Shown here in pieces: positions 56,693 to 64,000 of a DNA stretch of 64,000 bases (the first letter of the stretch is position 1; every line of letters begins with the position of its first letter). Location of the stretch: NCBI GenBank assembly GCA_963786955.1, contig CAWBAT010000006.1:320001-384000 (forward strand). Reading direction: 5' to 3'. The notes beneath the pieces are model-generated. The model was not told the DNA's origin. It saw nothing but the letters and a program-made list of their open reading frames with translations, and ran no database searches. This stretch comes from an uncultured Acidimicrobiia bacterium. GTDB lineage: Bacteria > Acidobacteriota > Terriglobia > Versatilivoradales > Versatilivoraceae. The position numbers were made by a program, and so were the translations under genes.

Positions 56693-58264
56693 GTGGAAGT
56701 TCCATTAACTCCGATAGAGTTTGCACGCCGCGCGCGCAAACTCTATCCAGACCGTGAAGCTTTGGTGGACGGAGCTTTAAGATTGAGTTATGGCCAATTC
56801 TTCGAAAGGTGTGATCGCTGGTCCTCCGCCCTGCAACAGTTGGGAGTCCAGCAGGGAGACCGAGTCGCGTATATTGCCCCCAATACACACGCCCAGTTGG
56901 AATCTTTCTATGCCGTGCCGCAGATTGGAGCGGTATTGGTGCCCATCAACTATCGGCTGATCTCTAGTGATTTCGCTTACATCCTGAATCACAGTGGCGC
57001 TCGAGTGGTTTGTGTCCACTCAGACTACCTCGAAGAAGTTGACCGGATTCGCGGCATGGTCCCCAGGGTCGAACATTTTGTGGCCCTGGAGAATTCCTAC
57101 GACGGCTGGCAAAATTACGAAGCCTTACTCGCTTCAGTATCGTTTCAACATCAATCCCCATCAATACAAGAAGGAGATCTGCTGTCCATCAACTATACGA
57201 GTGGAACAACAGCTACACCCAAGGGAGTCATGATCACCCATCGAAACGCTTATATCAATATTGTGGGGACCTTGATCCATTTTCCAATGAGCCCAGCCGA
57301 TCGTTATCTTTGGACCGTGCCGATGTTTCACGCTAATGGCTGGACCTTTGTGTGGACTGTCACAGCAGTTGGGGGAACCCATATTTGCCTCAGAAAAGTG
57401 GAGCCGGACACCGTATTCCAAAAAATCAGGCAGGAAGCCGTCACTGTACTTTGCGCTGCCCCGACGGTTCTGATCAGCCTGGCCAATGCCCCGCAGGAAA
57501 ATCAACAGGACCTCCCGCGGGACGTGCGAGTGCTAACGGCCGGCGCGCCCCCGGCTGCGGCAACAATTGAACGCATCGAAGAAACCCTGGGTTGGGAGGT
57601 GACACAGGTCTACGGCTTGACTGAAACCTCTCCGTTCATCACAATCTGCGAACCTCGGCCTGAGCATCGGCTTCTACCACTGGACAAAAGGGCGCTCCTC
57701 AAATCCCGGCAAGGCGTCGAACTCATCACTTCCGGAGACTTGCGTGTCGTGGACGAAACGGGCGTTGATGTTGCCCCTGATGGCGAAACAATTGGAGAAA
57801 TTGTTGCCCAAGGGAACGCAGTGATGAAGGGGTATTATCTCGATGACGAAGGTACCGCTGCAGCAATACGCCAGGGATGGTTTCACTCCGGGGATGCCGC
57901 GGTGGTTCACCCGGATGGTTATGTAGAGATCCGCGACCGGATTAAAGATGTCATTATTTCCGGAGGCGAAAATATTTCTTCGGTGGAAGTAGAAGGTGTG
58001 CTGCTGCGTCATCCAGCTATTCTGGAAGTAGCGGTGGTCGGTCTACCCCACGAAAAATGGGGTGAGGCGCCCCATGCCTTCGTTGTCTTGAAGGCTGGCG
58101 CATCCGTGACTGAGTCTGACGTACGAGAATTTGCCCGAGCCCATATGGCCCACTTTAAAGCTCCCAAAGGAGTAACCTTTTTAACTGAATTACCCAAGAC
58201 AGCGACAGGTAAGATTCAGAAATACCTACTCCGTGGGGGCCGTCCCGCAATTGCAAAGCAATAA
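56693..58264 (+). CDS. Acyl-CoA synthetase (AMP-binding, FACL-like)
   Basis: YTSGTTATPKGV, PMFHANGW, YGLTET, WFHSGD, DR.KD.IISGGENI, LPKTATGKIQK. Confidence 0.93.
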   Translation: MEVPLTPIEFARRARKLYPDREALVDGALRLSYGQFFERCDRWSSALQQLGVQQGDRVAYIAPNTHAQLESFYAVPQIGAVLVPINYRLISSDFAYILNHSGARVVCVHSDYLEEVDRIRGMVPRVEHFVALENSYDGWQNYEALLASVSFQHQSPSIQEGDLLSINYTSGTTATPKGVMITHRNAYINIVGTLIHFPMSPADRYLWTVPMFHANGWTFVWTVTAVGGTHICLRKVEPDTVFQKIRQEAVTVLCAAPTVLISLANAPQENQQDLPRDVRVLTAGAPPAAATIERIEETLGWEVTQVYGLTETSPFITICEPRPEHRLLPLDKRALLKSRQGVELITSGDLRVVDETGVDVAPDGETIGEIVAQGNAVMKGYYLDDEGTAAAIRQGWFHSGDAAVVHPDGYVEIRDRIKDVIISGGENISSVEVEGVLLRHPAILEVAVVGLPHEKWGEAPHAFVVLKAGASVTESDVREFARAHMAHFKAPKGVTFLTELPKTATGKIQKYLLRGGRPAIAKQ

Positions 58265-58269
58265 CGAAT

Positions 58270-58433
58270 GTAGCCGGGACCGCTGTCCCCGGAATTGGAC
58301 AGGCCGAGAGACTTGTTCCCACCGTGTTTCTGTAGCGACAGGCGTCCACGCCTGTCGTCCCTTGAACGGTGATGTTCAAGCCGGGGGCTGCTGGCCCCGC
58401 AATTGGACAGGCCGGGAGGCCTGTCCCTCCCAT
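58270..58433. repeat. Degenerate copies of the composite REP unit
   Basis: GTAGCCGGGACCGCTGTCCCCGG-AATTGGACAGGCC..-GTAGCGACAGGCGTCCACGCCTGTCG, then a second partial unit. Confidence 0.75.
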
Positions 58434-58444
58434 AAAGAGATACT

Positions 58445-59788
58445 TTGACAATTCCCGCAAATACAAATCGTAGCCTCCTCCGCGTCTTGGGAATGGCTTT
58501 CTCTCTCGCGGTTGCGATTGGCGCCACCATCGGCGCTGGCATCTTGAGAATGCCCGGCGAAGTCGCAGCCCATCTCCCCTCAAAAGGTTTCTCCATTGCT
58601 GCTTGGATTCTTGGAGGGATTAACGCGCTCCTGGGCGCCACCGTCTTTGCCGAACTTGGCGCAATGATGCCGCGCTCTGGGGGGCTATACAATTTCGCTC
58701 GCCGAGCCTTCGGGGACTATGGGGGCTTTCTGGTCGGTTACAGTGATTGGTTAAATCAAACGGTCTCCGTCTCCCTCTTGGCTCTTGTAGTTGGAGAATA
58801 TTCCCGCGGATTATGGCCGGGTTTGGAAGGTGAGGCCTCTCACCTGGGTCTCTTCATCCTGTTAGCAATTGCCGCAGTTCAATGGACGGGGATTCGCTCA
58901 GGAAGCCGAATTCAGGAACTGACGACGCTGCTCAAAACGGCGGCTCTCTTAGGTCTCATTGTTTCTTGCTTCCTGAGCAATCCTCATCGGGTCATCTCTC
59001 AACCACAAGCAGCGGCAGTTCCCTCAGGCCTATCCTTGGTTTTTGCTTTTATTCTAGCCATGCAGGCCATCCTCTTCGCCTATGACAGTTACTTTTACGT
59101 GGTTTACTACGGGGAAGAATTGCGAAATCCCGGCAAAGAGATTCCCCGTTCGATGTTCATGAGCGTGTGCCTAATCATTTTCATCTATGTATTGATCAAT
59201 CTAGCCTTCCTGAGAGTGTTACCAATTCAACAGATGGCAAAAGACCCATTTGTGGCCGCCACAGTCGCCAAGGCAATCTTTGGAGAACGGGGGGAATTGA
59301 TCCTCCGAGTCACCTTGATTGTTTCGATCCTGGGAACAATGAATGCCACGGTCCTGTCCTCCACCCGAGTGCTGTATGGACTGGGACGAGACGGACTTTT
59401 TCTCCATCAGGCCACGCGCGTGAATGCAGGCGGCACCCCGACGGTGTCTCTGGCCTTAAGTACCCTTGCCTCCTGCGCGTTTCTGATTACGGGAACATTT
59501 GATGAGGTCTTGGCTGCGGGTGCACTTTTCCTAGCCGTCAACTACTTTTTGAGCTATGCGGCGCTAATCACTCTTCGATGGCGAGAGCCAAATACTGCGA
59601 GACCCTATCGTGCCTGGGGTTACCCATGGACAACGGTCATCGTGATCATTTTGATTTTGGTTTTCTTCGTGGGAAGAGTCGTGAGTGATACAAAACATAG
59701 CCTGGTGACAATCGCCGTGTTAGTGGTTACCGCCCCACTATTCTATGGGTGGAAGAGGTTTGCCACGGTAAGGCCCGGCCTTCGGTAA
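58445..59788 (+). CDS. APC family amino acid permease
   Basis: GATIGAGI, AELGAM.PRSGG.Y, EE.RNP.K.IPR, R..RPYRAWGYP. Confidence 0.92.
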   Translation: MTIPANTNRSLLRVLGMAFSLAVAIGATIGAGILRMPGEVAAHLPSKGFSIAAWILGGINALLGATVFAELGAMMPRSGGLYNFARRAFGDYGGFLVGYSDWLNQTVSVSLLALVVGEYSRGLWPGLEGEASHLGLFILLAIAAVQWTGIRSGSRIQELTTLLKTAALLGLIVSCFLSNPHRVISQPQAAAVPSGLSLVFAFILAMQAILFAYDSYFYVVYYGEELRNPGKEIPRSMFMSVCLIIFIYVLINLAFLRVLPIQQMAKDPFVAATVAKAIFGERGELILRVTLIVSILGTMNATVLSSTRVLYGLGRDGLFLHQATRVNAGGTPTVSLALSTLASCAFLITGTFDEVLAAGALFLAVNYFLSYAALITLRWREPNTARPYRAWGYPWTTVIVIILILVFFVGRVVSDTKHSLVTIAVLVVTAPLFYGWKRFATVRPGLR

Positions 59789-59822
59789 TAATCGCATGCC
59801 CTAATTTTTGGGGCAATCTTTG

Positions 59823-60038
59823 GTAGCCACGACAAACGCCTATTCTGCGTTTGTCATCGGCAGTTGCGCCGGTGCGGGAAGCCCAAGATGAATGCAGAAA
59901 GTGCCTTCATCTTGGCTACCAAGGTCGTGCGATTTCCCCCATTATATTGACGCAAAAACATAAAACAGTCTTCCGGCGATATTGAGCAGTAGCGACAGGC
60001 TTCCTGGCCTGTTGTCCGGGGCCAGCGGCCCCGGCTAC
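59823..60038. repeat. Two REP doublets (GTAG...CTAC)
   Basis: 59823-59919 GTAGCCACGACAAACGC..GCGTTTGTC / CCAAGATGAA..TTCATCTTGGCTAC; 59989-60038 GTAGCGACAGGC..CCGGGGCCAGCGGCCCCGGCTAC. Confidence 0.7.
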
Positions 60039-60202
60039 AACTGATCCTGAAGCTCGGGACAGTTCGCACATTAGCGGGTAACGCAAAGGCGGGTTCTGAC
60101 TCTGCGGCCTTCTGAGGAAAGTGCCTAGTTTCCGTCCATGGCTCCAAAGCCGCGGAGTTATACAACAACTCCGCGCTACAAAAACTGGTCCAAACTCGCT
60201 TT

Positions 60203-61288
60203 GTGAGTCCGCCCTACCGAATGCCTGGAATAATAAATCGAAACACTGCCACACGAGTCAAATGGATGATAAGATATCATTCGACGCCATTGTCCGGGAG
60301 AACATCCGTGAAACCCAGTCCTACCACGACCGCCGACCATGTCCAGGCCTATGTGTCTGAACTCATCCTGCATTTCATGAGTGTCATACAAAATAATTAT
60401 GAGAAGTTGCGAGTGGAGAATCACGCCGGGGCGCTTCATGACATGCGCGTCGCTACGCGCCGAGTGCGAGAAACAATCACTTTGTTTGAACCTCTGTTTC
60501 TGGCAGCCCGGATAAATAAATCGCTTTCAAATGTCAAGAAAGTGACGAAGGTTCTCGGTTTACCCCGAGAAGTTGACGTCAACCTGAAACTCATCCGTGA
60601 GCTTCAACCTTCCGGAGGACTGGTGGCAAGGGCAGCCAGCGAGCATCTGAATGCGATTTTGGAAGAAGAACAGTCACGCATCCGAAAAAGAATGCTCCGC
60701 AGGCTCGAGAAGACTGGCTTGAAGTCTCTCCGGGATGAATTAACCCAGTTGGCCCATTCGGCAACGACCACCCCATTCAAACCCCATCTACTTTTTGAGG
60801 AACATCAGGCCGCCATTCGCGAAAATTTCCTCAAGTTGATTCCCAGAATCCTGCAGGACCGGGCAACACCCGTTCTTAACTTCGAACTGAGCCCTTCTTC
60901 CCTTGAAGATGACCATGCCGTCCACCAGCTCAGGATCGCCACCAAGAAACTTCGCTACGCCTTTGAAATTACAAGACCCTTGGTCTCCATTGCCTGCGAA
61001 GAACTGGCCCGCGACTGTCGGGCTTTGCAAGATGTCATTGGCGCGCAGCATGACACCTGTATGCTGATTGAGCGTTTGCAGAGACATGAGGCGGAGTTGT
61101 CTTCCCGGAACCTGGCGCTCCTTGCGGACGGTTCTCGCCAATTACTGGAAGATCTGTTGGAGCTTAAGAAAGGGTATTTGCCTCGGATTGAGGCTGCCTA
61201 CATACACCTGCGGGAAAAACTGGCCAAAGAGTTAGTGCAAAGTGAAACGAGCACGCCGGAGGTTGTTCATTCGAATGCGCCGGACTAA
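60203..61288 (+). CDS. CHAD domain (polyphosphate-binding) protein; start uncertain
   Basis: LHDMRVATRR, LG..RE.DV, HQLRIATKKLRY..E, LQD..G..HD. Confidence 0.88.
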   Translation: MSPPYRMPGIINRNTATRVKWMIRYHSTPLSGRTSVKPSPTTTADHVQAYVSELILHFMSVIQNNYEKLRVENHAGALHDMRVATRRVRETITLFEPLFLAARINKSLSNVKKVTKVLGLPREVDVNLKLIRELQPSGGLVARAASEHLNAILEEEQSRIRKRMLRRLEKTGLKSLRDELTQLAHSATTTPFKPHLLFEEHQAAIRENFLKLIPRILQDRATPVLNFELSPSSLEDDHAVHQLRIATKKLRYAFEITRPLVSIACEELARDCRALQDVIGAQHDTCMLIERLQRHEAELSSRNLALLADGSRQLLEDLLELKKGYLPRIEAAYIHLREKLAKELVQSETSTPEVVHSNAPD

Positions 61289-61396
61289 TACAAACGCATT
61301 AATTGTTGTTTGCCAGTAATTCTTCACCCCCAGTAGTCCCCCCTTAAAAAAGGGCGGACGTCGTCGCAATAGTGCTCCCCCATTGGTTCCGCCGGA

Positions 61397-61530
61397 CAAC
61401 AGGCAAAGATGCCTGTTGCTACCATATTCTGTAGCGACAGGCGTCCCCGCCTGTCGTACGAAGTTTTAAGAATAAGTTGTAGCGGGGACTGATGGCCATG
61501 AGCAACAGGCCCGGTGGATCGTTGCTCCAC
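61397..61530. repeat. REP cluster between convergent genes
   Basis: CAACAGGCAAAGATGCCTGTTGCTAC and GTAGCGACAGGCGTCCCCGCCTGTCG. Confidence 0.7.
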
Positions 61531-61531
61531 T

Positions 61532-61852
61532 CTACTCCCAGCCAGGGGGCTTATCGAAATAGCGGTGATCGAGAAGGTAGGAGAACCCCTCAGACAGAGG
61601 GCGAATATAAAGTTCCGCTTTAATCGCGTCGACGCAGCCGTCCACCAATTTCTCATATGAAGGCGTCTGACTTTCCTGCCCCTTGCGATTAACCGCTTCC
61701 CACGCACTTTTCGTCAGTTTGAAAGCACCTTTTCGGATTTCTCCGGGACCTGCCACTGTCGCCTTGCATAGCTGAAACTCCCCTTCAGCCTCGGAGGAAC
61801 CATCCATTTCCAATGTATAAGCCTGTCCAAAGAAATCGAAATTTCTTTTCAT
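61532..61852 (-). CDS. Hypothetical protein (106 aa)
   Basis: GAGG RBS; directly follows the dehydrogenase on the same strand; globular-looking composition. Confidence 0.65.
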   Translation of the reverse strand: MKRNFDFFGQAYTLEMDGSSEAEGEFQLCKATVAGPGEIRKGAFKLTKSAWEAVNRKGQESQTPSYEKLVDGCVDAIKAELYIRPLSEGFSYLLDHRYFDKPPGWE

Positions 61853-61861
61853 CGTATATCC

Positions 61862-62854
61862 TCAAGAAGACAAAATAGCGGCTTCCCTCAGCTTAACCGG
61901 CCGGTTGGCCGGGTATTTGGGTTCCTGCCCTTTGATCACGGCAACCACATCTTCGACAACCATAGCCATCCGCTGCATAGCTTCCTGGGTATGGGCGGCG
62001 ACGTGGGGGGTCCCAATAAAATTTTCCATTGGCAAAAGAGGGTTTTCAGAGGAGGCAGGCTCCTTTTCAAACACGTCGGCCGCAGCGCCTGCAATCCGTC
62101 CTTCTTTCAAACAATGTAACAGTTCCGCTTCCTTCCAGACAGGTCCGCGTGACGTGTTGATGATATAAGCTCCTTTTTGCATCAAGCCGAGCTCACGAGC
62201 TCCAATCATTCCACGAGTTTCCGAGGTGAGCGGAACATTGAGTGAGATATAGTCCGAACGACTCATCACTTCGTCCAGACTCACTGGCTGAGCACCCAGC
62301 GCTCGCTCCCATTCAGGCTTGGGGACAATGTCACGGAATATAACTTTCATTCCAAACGCGTGGTGACAAATTCGGGCGATGGTCGATCCCACGCGGCCCA
62401 GCCCGACTATCCCCAAAACCTTTCCGAATAATTCCTGTCCAATATATAGATTGCGATCTTCCCAACGGCCGGCCTTCAAGGCGCGCATGGATTGAGAAAC
62501 CTTCCGCGAAAGCATGAGCGCGAGTGAGACAAAATGTTCTGCGACAGACTCGGAATTGGCTTCGGGGGTACTGACGACCCAAATCCCCAGCTCTGTTGCG
62601 GCGGGAATATCTAAATTGTCAAGTCCCACTCCGTGTCGCCCAACGACTTGAATCCCGGGAGACGATTCCATCAAACTCCTGCTCACGAAGCCGTGCGTTC
62701 GAAAGACCACTCCGGAAACTCCGGTAGCGGCCCGCACCAGGGCCTTCTCCTCCAGGGATTCCGGAAAAACGATTTCGCATCCTTGTTGCTCCAAGAAATC
62801 CATTCCCTTGCGGTGGATTTTCTCGAAAAGCAAAATTTTTGGTTTGGCCATCAT
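61862..62854 (-). CDS. D-2-hydroxyacid / phosphoglycerate dehydrogenase-like protein
   Basis: RHGVGLDN.D, SVAEH, GIVGLGRVG, INTSRG, DVF..EP, TPH.A. Confidence 0.92.
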   Translation of the reverse strand: MMAKPKILLFEKIHRKGMDFLEQQGCEIVFPESLEEKALVRAATGVSGVVFRTHGFVSRSLMESSPGIQVVGRHGVGLDNLDIPAATELGIWVVSTPEANSESVAEHFVSLALMLSRKVSQSMRALKAGRWEDRNLYIGQELFGKVLGIVGLGRVGSTIARICHHAFGMKVIFRDIVPKPEWERALGAQPVSLDEVMSRSDYISLNVPLTSETRGMIGARELGLMQKGAYIINTSRGPVWKEAELLHCLKEGRIAGAAADVFEKEPASSENPLLPMENFIGTPHVAAHTQEAMQRMAMVVEDVVAVIKGQEPKYPANRPVKLREAAILSS

Positions 62855-62902
62855 CCCCTCTAAAAGCCGTTATTTTACCCTACCCAGCAAGCCAGACAAA
62901 CT

Positions 62903-64000
62903 TTAATTCAGTTGAAAAAAAGTTCTTAGATATCTTACCGGCATCGAGCCATGTCCGATAAGGGTTTCATTAAACTCCCGTTGACTAAATGATGTGCCTT
63001 TTGCTCTTCTAACGTCCTTTTCCAATTGTTGGATCTCTTCTAATCCCAGGAAGTATTGGGAGAGCTGGGTGGTTTCAAGTTGCGCCCTCAAGAGTTTTTT
63101 CTCGGCGACAGTTTGCTCTTGAAACCCTTCTTCGACCATAAACCGGACTGCATCCTTCTCAGTCATCCAGCCAGAGTGTAATTTAGTATCAATCAAAGTA
63201 TTCATCGCCGTTCGGATGTTCGCTTTCAAATCAAAGAAGCGGTAACGGAGATTTTTATCTCCTCCATACCCGAGTTTAGTCATAAGCGAAGTGCTATAAG
63301 CGGCCCACCCCTCGGTAAAGGGAGGGTTCCAAAGAACAGCCCTTAACGGATCCAAATGTCGTTTGGAATAGTAGAACTGTGTGTGGTGCCCAGGGTACGC
63401 CTCATGCATTCCGGTAAGCTGTACTTGGTAGTCGTTATTCGCTCTCAAATACGATTCGACTCGGATCGGAGCCCAGTTCGGATCGACGGGATCCACATAA
63501 TAAGTCGCCTTCCATTGGGGCTTTTCTTCGAGAATACCCGGGGCCAGATATTCAGCCTCGGAAACTCCCCGTTTGAAAGGCGGCATCGCTTCTACCGACA
63601 AAGTTTCTGCCGGAGGAAGTCCTATGAGATTCTGGTATTCAATGAAATTACGAAGGGCGGTGAAAACACGCTGATGAGCACCGACAAAATCATCGGCTTG
63701 GGGATGGTCTTTCGAGAGCTCACTTTGTACAGCCAGAATCAACTTAACCTGAAAAGCAGCATCGGGCCCTGGTCCTGGAAACGGTTTCCCCGGAAAGAGC
63801 TCTGAATAGAGTTGCCTGGAAACTTGCAAGAGTTCGAGCTTAGCGTTCCGCAAAGCTTCTTCTGCCCGAGGTGTCAAATCCTCAGGCGTGAGATCGGTTT
63901 GAAGAGCAAGAGAAAATTTCTTCTTAAAGAGTTCTGCACCCAGTCTCCAGTCCCCCGAACTTCGTGGCAACAAGTCTTTTTCCAAGAAGTGCTGATAATC
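62903..64000 (-). CDS. DUF885 family protein, C-terminal part; starts beyond the window
   Basis: HEAYPGHH.Q, F.EGWA.Y, Y..G, F....F...L...G..P. Confidence 0.88.
   Translation of the reverse strand, partial: DYQHFLEKDLLPRSSGDWRLGAELFKKKFSLALQTDLTPEDLTPRAEEALRNAKLELLQVSRQLYSELFPGKPFPGPGPDAAFQVKLILAVQSELSKDHPQADDFVGAHQRVFTALRNFIEYQNLIGLPPAETLSVEAMPPFKRGVSEAEYLAPGILEEKPQWKATYYVDPVDPNWAPIRVESYLRANNDYQVQLTGMHEAYPGHHTQFYYSKRHLDPLRAVLWNPPFTEGWAAYSTSLMTKLGYGGDKNLRYRFFDLKANIRTAMNTLIDTKLHSGWMTEKDAVRFMVEEGFQEQTVAEKKLLRAQLETTQLSQYFLGLEEIQQLEKDVRRAKGTSFSQREFNETLIGHGSMPVRYLRTFFQLN

Noticed and set aside
56143-56757. Short repeated ORFs (MAPEMDRP..., CSRGRWPR...)
   Set aside because: They are translations of REP repeats, not genes

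Overview
Bacterial chromosomal window, most consistent with an Acidobacteriota genome (gene content, GTAG-type REP families, ECF-type Ser/Thr kinase). The assembly is error-prone: many housekeeping genes (ispH, shc, thiC, lutB, hpn genes) are split by single-base indels, so the splits are treated as sequencing artefacts. Positions ~1-31 kb hold an expanded hopanoid locus (hpnC/D/E, shc, hpnH, hpnG, hpnA, ispH, hpnJ, two hpnI and two hpnK/YdjC paralogs). Interleaved with it are parts of an Arn/Lgm-like lipid-linked aminosugar relay (ArnC-like GT2, YdjC deacetylase, EamA/ArnEF-like pair, ArnT-like transferase) and an AsnB-like amidotransferase. Nested inside is a copC-copD pair bracketed by two paralogous outer-membrane proteins. 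A 5.5-kb, integrase-less six-gene cassette (VOC, stand-alone lipoyl carrier, E1 alpha/beta, SDR, M24 hydrolase) is bounded by a perfect 64-bp direct repeat of the copD 3' end. Positions ~31-64 kb carry GH172, an S10 peptidase, an Hsp70-like protein, DUF1080, a TPR Ser/Thr kinase, smpB with a degenerate Fic, cnoX, EVE, lutABC, ALDH, thiC, yhbY, an orphan pduS/pduT-like pair, an acyl-CoA ligase, an APC permease, CHAD, a hydroxyacid dehydrogenase and DUF885. Intergenic spaces contain many REP/REPIN palindromes, including a 3x77-bp tandem array. No rRNA, tRNA, CRISPR or transposase was recognised.
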